Origin: Desulfobacteraceae bacterium
GTDB taxonomy: Bacteria > Desulfobacterota > Desulfobacteria > Desulfobacterales > Desulfosarcinaceae
Length of the DNA: 64,000 bases
Assembly: GCA_003599575.1 (NCBI GenBank)
Contig: QZKV01000001.1
Span: 2,171 to 66,170 of the forward strand
Reading direction: 5' to 3'
A program made the position numbers and the translations under genes. Below are positions 1-9,876 of this stretch, in pieces. The notes beneath the pieces are model-generated. The model saw nothing but the letters and a program-made list of their open reading frames with translations. It was not told the origin of the DNA and made no database searches. Positions within the stretch are counted from its first letter, which is position 1, and the number at the start of each line of letters is the position of its first letter.

Positions 1-816
1 TGACAGGTCGGTGATGATGTCATCGGTCAAGCCGTCACTGAAGTACTCCTGTTCCTTGTCTCCGCTGAGGTTTTTGAACGGCAGCACCGCAATCGATGCC
101 CTGGCGGCCGCGTGCGTGGCCGATGGGCGTGCATCTCCGGATTCAAGGGGGGGATTGGCTGATTTTCGCGGGAGATCGAACAGCCAAATCCCTCCGGCCA
201 TGAAGCCCAGGATGAGGACCACGGCCACCGGTGCGATCCGTTTCGGCGGGCGAACCAGCCGCGCCTTGCCCCGGCACCCCGGCTTGGAAGGGTCTTCCCA
301 GATTTTATATACCCGGATGGGCGTGATGATGTTTTTTACCTTTTGTTCACCAAGATACTCGCAACCGAAAGCAAGCTTGTTTTCGATCTGATCGTATACG
401 ACCCCTGAAATGCAGATACCTCCGGCTGCGGCCAAGGACTCCATCCTGGCGGCAATGTTGACGCCGTCGCCATAGATCCGCGGCCCCTCCTGAAGCACGT
501 CGCCCAAATTGATGCCGATCCGAAATTGCATCCTGCGGTCATCGGGAAGCTTGGCGTTTTCGGTGATCAAAGCGGCCTGAAAGGCAAAGCCGCACTCAAC
601 CGCATGCACCACGCTGACAAATTCGACCAAAATGTTATCGCCCGGAGAATCGACTATCCGGCCCTTATGCCGGATTGCCAATTCTTCAATCAGCGCTCGA
701 TATGCGGTTAGCGTGCGGACGGTGGCCTCCTCATCGGCACTCATCAGCCGGCTGTAACCCGCAACATCGGCGCTCAAAATGGCGCTGAGCTTGCGATCAA
801 ACCCCTGGGTCGTCAT
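1..816 (-). CDS. Class III adenylate/guanylate cyclase with TM segment and TolB-like N-terminal domain (3' end runs off the window)
   Basis: Not in the ORF track because it is open at the edge. Manual translation from ATG at 816 gives MTTQGFDRKLSAILSADVAGYSRLMSADEEATV...VDSPGDNILVEF...FRIGINLGDV...IYGDGVNIAARME, then a hydrophobic stretch and SIAVLPFKNLSGDKEQEYFSDGLTDDIITDLS. Confidence 0.92.
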   Translation of the reverse strand, partial: MTTQGFDRKLSAILSADVAGYSRLMSADEEATVRTLTAYRALIEELAIRHKGRIVDSPGDNILVEFVSVVHAVECGFAFQAALITENAKLPDDRRMQFRIGINLGDVLQEGPRIYGDGVNIAARMESLAAAGGICISGVVYDQIENKLAFGCEYLGEQKVKNIITPIRVYKIWEDPSKPGCRGKARLVRPPKRIAPVAVVLILGFMAGGIWLFDLPRKSANPPLESGDARPSATHAAARASIAVLPFKNLSGDKEQEYFSDGLTDDIITDLS

Positions 817-1133
817 AAGGGAATACTCCTGAGCAGCGGACCGGGACCCGTGCGGCAATGGGAGAGCCTCTAGAGGCCCCCCTGCTTACGACCATGGGAC
901 ACAATCATCGGATGTCAATTTAGGATAAGGTCACCGGGTGGCAACCTGCTATAGGTTTCAGCATCTGTGACGGTCAGTTTTATTTTGCTAATTTCCCAAC
1001 CTCAGCGTCAGGGCAGCTTTGCAGACGCCCTTTAAAGCATAGAGGGGGCATAGCGGGCGTTCAGGCAAAACCTTGATCATGTGCCTGTTTGCGTTTTCTT
1101 CTCTGTCCGAGGGGGGGATGCCCCTCTTTTCGT

Positions 1134-1676
1134 CTATTGCTTGGCATGGCCGATGACGCCGCACGCCACACGCGCGCCGGAATCACCTGTGGGCTGTGTT
1201 TTCAGATCATCCTCGCCGGCATGAACCACGACTGCCCGTCCCATGACTCCGTTCTGGCCCTCCAACTGGATCATTTTATCCGTTGTTTCCATGTGGGCGC
1301 TGCCGTCGGCCTTGGCTTCGATATTGCCCAGATCACCCACATGACGCTTCTGAACCGTGGGTGCGGCGTGCGGATGATTCGTCGGGTTGAAGTGCCCGCC
1401 CGCCGACGTGGCGTCCGCCGCCGAGCAGTCGCCGAATTCGTGAATATGGAACCCGTGCTTGCCCGGCGGCAGCCCCTGCAGGTCGGCCATGATTTTGACG
1501 CCGTCTTGGGTTTTTATGAATCGAACCGCGCCCGCGGCCTTGTTTCCCTGGGTCGGGTGCAGTACGGCGACCGCGGACGACTTGCCCGGATCCGCTGCCT
1601 GTGAGGCGGAACCCAAAACGAAGAAGGTACCTGCGATCGCGAAAAGAACGGTCCAAAGGGAAAAGGTACGTTTCAT
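1134..1676 (-). CDS. sodC: Periplasmic Cu/Zn superoxide dismutase
   Basis: Signal peptide; motifs HGFHIHE, GGHFNP, RHVGDLGN, VVHAGEDD, RVACGVI; AGGAG RBS upstream. Confidence 0.96.
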   Translation of the reverse strand: MKRTFSLWTVLFAIAGTFFVLGSASQAADPGKSSAVAVLHPTQGNKAAGAVRFIKTQDGVKIMADLQGLPPGKHGFHIHEFGDCSAADATSAGGHFNPTNHPHAAPTVQKRHVGDLGNIEAKADGSAHMETTDKMIQLEGQNGVMGRAVVVHAGEDDLKTQPTGDSGARVACGVIGHAKQ

Positions 1677-1901
1677 AGAATTCTCCTTTGCCGGTTAAAA
1701 ATTAATGGATGGACCTCGGTTGGAATCATTAGGCATACAACAGCATTGGGGAATGGGGCGAAGATGGTAAATAGCACAGCCTCTTGCTTGCCAGAGCGGC
1801 AACCAGCCGGTTCAAGCGGAACAGCCCTGCCGTTGACGGACAACAGGTGGACTGAGGAATAGGACGTTCTTCATATTTGATACAACGCCCGACCTTTCGC
1901 A

Positions 1902-4604
1902 TTAATCCGCAAGCAGGCGTTGCAACGTTTTTTCGTCAAAGGAGAGATATTGGGGCACCGATTCGTCCATGACCGCGGACTCTATCTCCTTTTTGACCTT
2001 CTTCAGGATATCCACTTTCTCCTCGATGGAGCCGCGCGTGATGAAACGATACACGGTGACTGGCTGGTGCTGGCCAAGGCGGTGGGAGCGATCGATGGCC
2101 TGGTTTTCGACGGCGGGGTTCCACCAGGGGTCGAGTAGAAAAACGTAGGAGGCTTCGCTGAGGTTGAGGCCCGTTCCGCCTGCTTTAAGGGAGATGAAAA
2201 ACGGGCAGGGTCCCGCATGGAATTTGAAGGCGTTAACGACCGAGGCCCGATCCGTCGTGCGCCCGTCCAGGTAAAAAGTGGGGATTTCGTGACGGAGGAA
2301 AAGCTCCTGAATCAGTTGAAGATGTCGCGTGAACTGGGAAAAGACGAGGATCTTGTGGCCTTCAGAGAGGATCTGCACAGCGGTGTGGAATACCTCCTCT
2401 GTTTTGCCGCTGCACAGGGGCTTTTGGCTTTCTTTGACCGCCAGGCGGGGATGGCAGGCGATCTGCCGGAGCCGCAGGATCAGGCGCAAAATATGGAAGG
2501 CCCGCGAGCCCTGCATGGCGTCCATCTCGTCACGGGCGGCCGCGAGGGCCTGATCGTAAATGGATTTCTGGTCTTCCGCGAAATCGCAGTATATGGTCAC
2601 CTCTGTTTTGGGGGGAAGTTCGGCCAACACCTGCGATTTCAGCCGCCGCAGGATATAGGGTTTTGTTTTTTCACGCAGGCGTTCCAGGTCTTTGACGGTG
2701 TCGTATTTTTCCTTGAACGAGGCTTGATCCTCAAGGAATCCGGGCATCAGAAAATCGAACTGGCTCCAGAGGTCGGCCGCAGAATTTTCCACCGGCGTTC
2801 CGGTGATGGAAAGCCGTGATGACGCAGGAAGGTGCCTGACCGCCCGCGATGTCATAGTGTCGGCATTCTTGATGGCTTGCGCCTCGTCGAGGATCACGTA
2901 TTCCCATTGGATGGAACATAAAAGCGGTGTTTCGGTCCTCAGCATGCCGTATGAGGTGAGGACGAGATGGTGTTTTTTCAGAAATTCAGGATCCCTGGTT
3001 CTGGCCGGTCCGGCAAAGGCATATATCGAAAGGTCCGGTGCGAATTTCCGGATTTCAAGCTCCCAGTTGAAAAGCAGGGTTTTGGGAGCGATCAGCAGCA
3101 CGGGGCGGCCGAGCGATCCTTCCACTTTCAGGCATTTGATCAGGGCCAGCACCTGAACCGACTTGCCCAGCCCCATGTCATCGGCGAGAATGCCGTTTAA
3201 GCCAAGCTCTTTCAAGGTTCTCAACCAATTGAAGCCCAGGATCTGGTAAGGCCGCAGAACCGTTTCAAGCCCCGCCGGGATCGGGTAGCGCCGCACGCCG
3301 TCCATCCGGCCGCCGAATCGGCACAGGGCCTCGAAAGATGAATCTGTTCGGACATCTGCTTCGCCCGCCAGGCTGGCGCGTACGCTGGTGAAATCGGCCT
3401 TGCTGAAGGTGACGACCCCCTGGTCCACGATGCCGTTTTGGGAAAGTTCCGCAAGCACCCGCCGGATTTCGCCGGATATGATGCCCAACGAACCATCGGG
3501 TCGTTCTACATAACGCCTGCCCTCCCGAAAGGCCTGAAACAGGCCGTCCGCGCCGAACTGAAACTCGCCTGAAAAAACCATTGCTCCCACGCGGAGGTGC
3601 TGTTTTTGCGTTTGGACATTCCAGCGGACCGACACCGGCTCAGCGAGTTTGCGGCTTCCGATATTGACCGCAAACCCGTGGTTTTCAAGGGACGGCACCA
3701 GGGACTCCAGGGATCGATCAGGGGCGCGCCAGTTGAAATCGCGTTCCGGCCGTGCGGCAAAGCCGTGCGCCAACATGATGGCCTTGAAACCTTCCTCCGC
3801 CGGGCGGTTGCGGTGGATTTCCAGGTGCCGGCGGATGTCGACGATTACGGAAGTTTCATCGTTGTCTTTGACCCGGTTGCCTTTGTAAACGAAGTACAGC
3901 CGGGCTTTGGCGGCCCGATCATCGAGGCTCACAACCGCCTGGGCGCTTGCGTTTCGCACAGTGCGGATGTCGCTTTTCCCGGTGTTCCGAATCCTCAACT
4001 TGTCCGGCTGTTTGGAGAGGTTGAGGAGCAGACGGATTCTTTCCGCTTCGTCAAGGGCTTTGTCCGTGGGGATGGCCTTGAGAAAAGCGAAAGGCAGGTC
4101 CGGGCGCAATTGAACGATGCGATTTCCTTTGATCAGGGTGACGGGCATGGCTTGAACGATAATCTCCGCTTCGGCCAAGGTCAGACTTCCCAGGTGAAGC
4201 GCCAGGTGATCATCTTGAACACCGATTTCGGGGATCACGTCCGTGTCCATGCGGAATATTGCGACCGAGCCGTCCGGGTGGATCAACATCCGATGTTTCC
4301 GGCAGGCGCCGATAAACGTGAAAAGATGGCGCGAGGCAATCCGCAGACGGGTGAATTCCTGATCTTGATTAAAAAAACGGGCTTCATTTTTTCGGAACGC
4401 CATTTCGCTTTCCAGCGCTGTCCGGAACAGGGCTTTGTCAGGCACGCGGGCCGCGACCGTTTCGAGATCCTTGACAAAGTAGATCTTCGTACGCCTGGGA
4501 ATCTCCCAGCGCCCGCGGTTGAACACCGCCGGGGTCAACACCACGGTGAACTGCCCGTTTTTGCGGGATTGATCTTTATCGTATGTGAAAATGATCTTTT
4601 CCAT
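1902..4604 (-). CDS. SNF2-family (SWI2/SNF2) helicase/ATPase
   Basis: LRPYQ, GILADDMGLGKS, LDEAQAIKN, TGTPVEN, SLKAGGTGLNL, DPWWNPAVENQAIDRSHRLGQ. Confidence 0.95.
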   Translation of the reverse strand: MEKIIFTYDKDQSRKNGQFTVVLTPAVFNRGRWEIPRRTKIYFVKDLETVAARVPDKALFRTALESEMAFRKNEARFFNQDQEFTRLRIASRHLFTFIGACRKHRMLIHPDGSVAIFRMDTDVIPEIGVQDDHLALHLGSLTLAEAEIIVQAMPVTLIKGNRIVQLRPDLPFAFLKAIPTDKALDEAERIRLLLNLSKQPDKLRIRNTGKSDIRTVRNASAQAVVSLDDRAAKARLYFVYKGNRVKDNDETSVIVDIRRHLEIHRNRPAEEGFKAIMLAHGFAARPERDFNWRAPDRSLESLVPSLENHGFAVNIGSRKLAEPVSVRWNVQTQKQHLRVGAMVFSGEFQFGADGLFQAFREGRRYVERPDGSLGIISGEIRRVLAELSQNGIVDQGVVTFSKADFTSVRASLAGEADVRTDSSFEALCRFGGRMDGVRRYPIPAGLETVLRPYQILGFNWLRTLKELGLNGILADDMGLGKSVQVLALIKCLKVEGSLGRPVLLIAPKTLLFNWELEIRKFAPDLSIYAFAGPARTRDPEFLKKHHLVLTSYGMLRTETPLLCSIQWEYVILDEAQAIKNADTMTSRAVRHLPASSRLSITGTPVENSAADLWSQFDFLMPGFLEDQASFKEKYDTVKDLERLREKTKPYILRRLKSQVLAELPPKTEVTIYCDFAEDQKSIYDQALAAARDEMDAMQGSRAFHILRLILRLRQIACHPRLAVKESQKPLCSGKTEEVFHTAVQILSEGHKILVFSQFTRHLQLIQELFLRHEIPTFYLDGRTTDRASVVNAFKFHAGPCPFFISLKAGGTGLNLSEASYVFLLDPWWNPAVENQAIDRSHRLGQHQPVTVYRFITRGSIEEKVDILKKVKKEIESAVMDESVPQYLSFDEKTLQRLLAD

Positions 4605-4953
4605 GAGTTGGCTTCTTGAATCTACAACGGACGGCCGTCCTCATCAAGGCCTTGATAAGCAGCGCCTGTTGAAGCCGCATCATCTTCAACTTGGTGGGCG
4701 GAGCAAAAAGATCCTTGTTTGTAGGTGAAGACGCGGAGCCAAACGAGCAGCGTCGGTGGGCAGGGCCGCACCGCCTGATTGGCGCAGAGTATCCAACCTA
4801 CAGGCTTCACCCCATTTACCGGGTGGATCGTTGCCCATAGCTTGACATCAGCGAGGAGGGCGGCGATATCGTCAAAGCGCATATGGGAATGCCCTCCCAA
4901 TAGTCGTGAACCTATGTCCGGAAACATGCGGACATACCAATAGGAGGTTTGTG

Positions 4954-5481
4954 ATGGTAACGGAAAAAGAAGGCAAAATGGACATGCAGGCCCAGATGGA
5001 AATCCACGCGAAGATGTCCCAACCGGGTGCTTCGCATAAATTGCTCGAGAGTATGGAGGGCAGTTGGACGGCCAAGACAACGACCTGGATGGAACCCGGT
5101 CAGCCGCCCGTGGAGTCCGCCAGCACTTCAGAAAACCAAATGATCCTGGGCGGGCGCTATCTACATCAAGAGTTTAGCGGTGACATGATGGGTACGCCTT
5201 TCAAAGGCATCGGCATCAATGGATACGACAACTTCAAAAAGAAATTCGTATCGATCTGGATGGATTCCATGAGCACCGGTATCTTCTATTTTGAAGGCGA
5301 GGGCCAGGGCAAGACCATTACGCAAGTGTGTCATGCCGAAGACCCTGTCAAAGGTCCCGTGACTTGGCGTTCCATAACCCGGATCGAGGATCACAATACC
5401 CATAAGTTTGAAATGTTCGGCACAGACAAAAGCGGCAAAGAAGAGAAAATGATGGAGATCATCTATACCCGTCGGCGATGA
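4954..5481 (+). CDS. DUF1579-family protein
   Basis: AGGAGG RBS before ATG 4954; PGASHKLL..MEGSW, ILGGRYL, GYDNFKKKFVSIWMDSMSTG motifs typical of DUF1579. Confidence 0.85.
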   Translation: MVTEKEGKMDMQAQMEIHAKMSQPGASHKLLESMEGSWTAKTTTWMEPGQPPVESASTSENQMILGGRYLHQEFSGDMMGTPFKGIGINGYDNFKKKFVSIWMDSMSTGIFYFEGEGQGKTITQVCHAEDPVKGPVTWRSITRIEDHNTHKFEMFGTDKSGKEEKMMEIIYTRRR

Positions 5482-5487
5482 TAGGCA

Positions 5488-5535
5488 GCCGGCATCTTTT
5501 CGACTTTGAGGACGTGGAAGAGATGCCGGCATTTT
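5488..5535 (+). terminator. Probable intrinsic terminator after the DUF1579 gene
   Basis: Inverted repeat GCCGGCATCTTTTC / GAAGAGATGCCGGC followed by ATTTT. Confidence 0.55.
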
Positions 5536-6003
5536 CCAGGCTCAATCCCAACCGATCTTTTTTTTGCACCTAGCCAGCGCCGCTGTTTGTGCCGCATGCG
5601 GACTTTTTTCAGGGAGTGTTTCCCAGCCACGAGCAAAGAACGCAAAGAAGATTCAATTATATTTTGAGGCATTGGTGTCGTTCTTGAGGCAATCGCCTTG
5701 CCATGGCGCAACAAACCCGCTTTTCCCTTCTTACCAAACTTGGCTTTGGACGGAGCATAGGTAATTGCCCAACGGAAGCTGCGCATCCAGCCGTTTCCTT
5801 TGCCTCGGCGGTTGATCTGAACAGGGCCGGCGGATTTGCCGGATCGGCTGCCTGGCCCTGGAAGCGGAGCTGAAACGGCACGGGGCTCATTATGGCCTTG
5901 CTCAAATTATAAACTTTGCTTATGTTGCCGGCTATTCAACCGGAGGCACCTTTCCCACTTTTTCGGGTCAGGTATAAAAACGAATAAAAAAAGGAGTCTT
6001 ACC

Positions 6004-6327
6004 ATGGCCAACGAACGCGTCATTGTTAAAGCCAGCGATGAAGATCTTCATTTCCGGGAAATGGATAGGATAAAGATTGAAAAAATGAGGGCCGAGGCTA
6101 AAAAAGAGGCCCAGGCGGCCTACGCCGACGCACACAAACAGCATTGCTTCAGATGCGGGACGCACAGCCTGGTGGAAGTGGAGTTTAAGGACGTTCACGT
6201 CGACATCTGCGTCAATGAAGGATGCGGCGCGGTTCACCTGGATCCGGGTGAGATGGAGAAGCTCCTTAAAGCAGAAGGGGGTGTTTTCGGGAAGATAAGG
6301 AACTCGGTCTTTTCTGTCTTTAAATAA
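6004..6327 (+). CDS. Small zinc-ribbon protein (zf-TFIIB-like)
   Basis: AAGGAG RBS; CFRC...VDICVNEGCGAVHLDPGEMEKL resembles the zf-TFIIB pattern. Confidence 0.75.
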   Translation: MANERVIVKASDEDLHFREMDRIKIEKMRAEAKKEAQAAYADAHKQHCFRCGTHSLVEVEFKDVHVDICVNEGCGAVHLDPGEMEKLLKAEGGVFGKIRNSVFSVFK

Positions 6328-6448
6328 CAAGGGGGCGTCGGGGTGTCCTGCATGGCCCCCATCGCCTGAATCGAAATCAAATCAAAGCGGGGCAACCGCA
6401 GGTTGCCCCCTGCGCACATTTTGCTTTTCAGTGATGTAGGAGAAACAA

Positions 6449-7312
6449 ATGAGTTGGGTTGCCATCGATAAAGACAAATGCAACGCTTGCGGTATTTGCG
6501 CCCTTCGCTGCGCACGCTGTTTTACCTTTGCCAATGAAAAAGTTTCGGTTCAAGCCGACGAAAACTGCTGTATCGTGTGCGGTCACTGCGTATCATTGTG
6601 CCCCACGGGCGCCATAACCCACAGCCGGATGGATGCGGAAAATTTTGAAGCGGTGGGAACACCGGTGCACTTTCAACCCGATGAGTTTATGAGTTTTATC
6701 CGCCAACGCCGCAGCCACCGTCATTTCAAAAACAGGGCTGTTTCCAAGGCTACTATCAACCGGCTGATCGAGTCGGCCCGGTATGCGCCCACCGGCAGCA
6801 ATGTTCAAGGTGTCGAAATCATCGTTCTTGAAGACGGCGAACGCAAAAAGAAGCTGTCCGATTTAACCATCGACTTTTTTATCGAGAGAGGTCGCATGGC
6901 TTCAGAAAAGCTTCAAACGATGCCGTCCGGCCCACAAACACCGGCCCGGTTGCAGCTTGAAAAGACGGTGCGCTACCGCGATAACATGCTGAAAGCCAAA
7001 TCGGTCGGCTACGATCCGATTTTTCACCACGCGCCGGTGGTGTTTATGTTTCATTCACTGCTTGAAACCAGCACCCCCAAGGACAACTGTGTCATCGCCT
7101 CGACAACCCTGGGGTTGTTTGCCCGAACCTTGGGACTGGAATCCACCTATATCGGGTTGCTGGAAATTGCCGCGCGATTGTATCCGCCTTTGGACGAAGC
7201 GATCGGACTGCCCGGGGGACATGAAATCCAAAGCGTGCTGATTGCCGGTTATCCGAAGCTTAAATACCTGCGTGTGATTGACCGCAATCCCATCAAGGTG
7301 CGATGGGAATAA
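6449..7312 (+). CDS. Nitroreductase with N-terminal 2x[4Fe-4S] ferredoxin domain
   Basis: CNACGICALRC and CIVCGHCVSLCP; RRSHRHF and APTGSNVQ nitroreductase motifs. Confidence 0.92.
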   Translation: MSWVAIDKDKCNACGICALRCARCFTFANEKVSVQADENCCIVCGHCVSLCPTGAITHSRMDAENFEAVGTPVHFQPDEFMSFIRQRRSHRHFKNRAVSKATINRLIESARYAPTGSNVQGVEIIVLEDGERKKKLSDLTIDFFIERGRMASEKLQTMPSGPQTPARLQLEKTVRYRDNMLKAKSVGYDPIFHHAPVVFMFHSLLETSTPKDNCVIASTTLGLFARTLGLESTYIGLLEIAARLYPPLDEAIGLPGGHEIQSVLIAGYPKLKYLRVIDRNPIKVRWE

Positions 7313-8254
7313 CTGCGTATACCTACTTGCATCCATAGAGCTTTTCCTAAAGGATTTCATTCATAGACCTTTCGTTTGATAGCTCGCCTATTTTCGAAGT
7401 AAAGTTCTGACGGATCGTTTTGACGCTATACGATAACCAGTCGTTACGACCATGAAGCAGATTGAACCATGGCGGATGACTGTAGAAGGATAAATAGCGT
7501 CTAACGATCAGCCGAATATTTCAGGGGCAAAAGAAGAGTTTCCCAACGCCTTGCGGACCAAGGCCGGTTTTCAGCCAAGGCCATGGCCTGAATCTTACGG
7601 ATTGCACATAAGCTTATTCTCCATTGAGATCAGAAGTGATGGAAGTTCCGCCTGAGCGGCGGGTATCTCCATCAGATTGCGAATGAGCATCTGCAGTAAA
7701 CCATCTTCAAAAGCGGTGGCCACCTGCCGGTTACCTGAAGCACAAACCGGTCCCCTCTCAGTAATAAATCAATGGAAAAATCAATCCGGCGGACAGCATT
7801 GGCTGTCTTCGGCCTCTCCGATGCGGTGTGCAAAAGATGCGCATTGTTACCGCGCAATTGACATCCAAGATGAGAAAAATCTGCGCAGGAACACCGGGCC
7901 ATAGATAGGCGGTGCCGGCCTGAACCCCGAGGATCGAAGGGGGCATGTATTTATATCTAAGGGGTTTAACTACCCATCCGAAAAAATTATGACCTGATCC
8001 GGCACTTCCCTGCAGTGATGGTACATATCTTGAATTTACGCATACGCTACCGCAAAGAACCGAAACATACAATTCTTCTAGTTGAAGACAGCATAAATCT
8101 ACCCAAAAGGAGGTGAAGTATTTCCATGGTCCAGCAGCCGCTGTGAACAGAGAGAAAATGGGGCGCTCTTTCGCCATGCGGAAATAGAAGCAGTTTTTCT
8201 GTGTTGAGATGTGATGTGGCATTGTACACAACTGGTCACCAAGGAGGTTGGCGG

Positions 8255-9718
8255 ATGAACAAATTGGGATTGGTAATTGGTATGTTGATTGCTGTGATCG
8301 GGTTGACCGGAGTTTCCTGGGCCGCGGAATTAAAGACCGATGGCTGGTTGGGCACCAAAACAGCCTATTCCCAGCGGACGTCCCTGGGACAGCTTTATCC
8401 CAGGGAAGATGTTCAAGGAAGCAAATACACCCACATGCGAGGGCGTCTGCTCTTTAATTTTATTACCGCGCCCGGCGTGGGGTTGGTCTGGCATAACGAG
8501 ATCGATTTTGATTTCGGCTCGGGCGCCTATGGTCAGAACAACGGTAATCCTGCGGCGCCAGGCGGCGTTAACCGGGGATTCGGAGGCGGATTGGGCGCCG
8601 ATACGGTCAACCTGGAAACCAAGCAACTGTACATGTATTTCAAGGTGCCCGAAATCCCCTTGAAGGCAAACATCGGCGTGAACTGGATCACCGACGATTT
8701 CGACTGGGTAATCCTGGGAGATGATGCGGCCGGCTTTACCGTTAATTATGGAGAAAGCTTCGATATTCGCCTGGGCGCCTATCGCTTTTGGGAGGAGAAC
8801 ATCACCTCGATCAACGACAATGTCGATTTCTACATGCTTTCCGGCAGCAAAAAGATAGGAAAATCCAAAATCGGGCTTGCAGGTTATTATCTATGGGATA
8901 GGGGCTCCAACGGAGACGGCGTTCTGAATACTTCCGGCCCATCGGGCAAAAACGGTTTCGCGTCGCTTGCCCAGAACGCGGCCACCGGTTTCCGTTCATT
9001 GATCCCCACAGGCACCGATTACGAACTGAAATCCTATTTCGCCGGAATTTTTGGGGAAACCATGCTTCCCGGTGCCATCAACTTATCCGCATGGGGAGTT
9101 TACAACTTCGGCGAAGTCGATGTGCAGGGCGGTAGCGACATCGATATCAACGGTTTCGCCGTAAATGCACGCCTTTCCAAAAAAATCAATAATGTCAACC
9201 TCACCATGAATGGCATTTATATCAGCGGCGCCGACAAGGATGACGACCAGGAATTCGGTTTCACCAACGCCGGCCTTTACAGCCTGGCGGGGAACTTTTA
9301 CTACAAATCCGGGATGATGATTCTCATGCCGGATGGAGACGACTGGAACTACTCATCCGCGCTGGTGTATGGGATTTCCAACATTTTTGAAGACAGGTTT
9401 CTGGGCGTGACCGGGGCCTTCCTCAATGCAGATTTCCCAATCGCCGGAAAATTGACCGGAAAAGTCGGCGTGGGAACGATTTTTTCGGCTGAAGAACGGG
9501 TGGTAAACTCAGAAAAATACATGGGCAGTGAAATCAACGCCAAGCTCTACTACCAGCTCGCGCCCAAAATGACCGTTGCTCTCAAGGGTGGCTACGCCTT
9601 TATAGGAGATTTTTACAAAGTCAGCGCTGCGCAAGCGGCTGCGTCCATCAAGGGTGTTGCCGCCAACAATCCCGACGACGTCCTTTATACCTATCTGGAG
9701 TTCAAGGTTTCGCTTTAA
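8255..9718 (+). CDS. Outer-membrane beta-barrel channel (Geobacter OmpJ-like porin)
   Basis: AAGGAGG RBS; signal peptide; EIDFDFG...GGGLGADTVNLETKQLYMYFKVP recalls OmpJ-type porins; alternating beta-strand pattern at the C-terminus (YLEFKVSL). Confidence 0.7.
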   Translation: MNKLGLVIGMLIAVIGLTGVSWAAELKTDGWLGTKTAYSQRTSLGQLYPREDVQGSKYTHMRGRLLFNFITAPGVGLVWHNEIDFDFGSGAYGQNNGNPAAPGGVNRGFGGGLGADTVNLETKQLYMYFKVPEIPLKANIGVNWITDDFDWVILGDDAAGFTVNYGESFDIRLGAYRFWEENITSINDNVDFYMLSGSKKIGKSKIGLAGYYLWDRGSNGDGVLNTSGPSGKNGFASLAQNAATGFRSLIPTGTDYELKSYFAGIFGETMLPGAINLSAWGVYNFGEVDVQGGSDIDINGFAVNARLSKKINNVNLTMNGIYISGADKDDDQEFGFTNAGLYSLAGNFYYKSGMMILMPDGDDWNYSSALVYGISNIFEDRFLGVTGAFLNADFPIAGKLTGKVGVGTIFSAEERVVNSEKYMGSEINAKLYYQLAPKMTVALKGGYAFIGDFYKVSAAQAAASIKGVAANNPDDVLYTYLEFKVSL

Positions 9719-9754
9719 GCTTACAAGGTTGCATAGCTTGAGCTAAGACCGTAT

Positions 9755-9820
9755 ACTTCCCGACGTTGGCCAAGAGCAGCAGGCTGTTGCCCATGATGTC
9801 AACGTTGGGAAGTTTTATTT
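9755..9820 (+). terminator. Long hairpin plus U-tract between the porin and FG-GAP genes
   Basis: ACTTCCCGACGTTGGC (9755-9770) pairs with GTCAACGTTGGGAAGT (9798-9813), allowing G-U, followed by TTTATTT. Confidence 0.65.
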
Positions 9821-9876
9821 CCTGAAATGAAAGCAAAGTACATATCACCACCCATCGATTTCCCAAGGACAGGCAC

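Noticed and set aside
1902-4604. SNF2 helicase as part of an anti-phage system
   Set aside because: No methylase, nuclease or other defence partner is adjacent; it looks like a stand-alone SNF2 protein.
7313-8100. Long non-coding gap with short ORFs (7677-7904, 7758-8231)
   Set aside because: No convincing RBS or protein motif, and no recognisable RNA family or repeat array.
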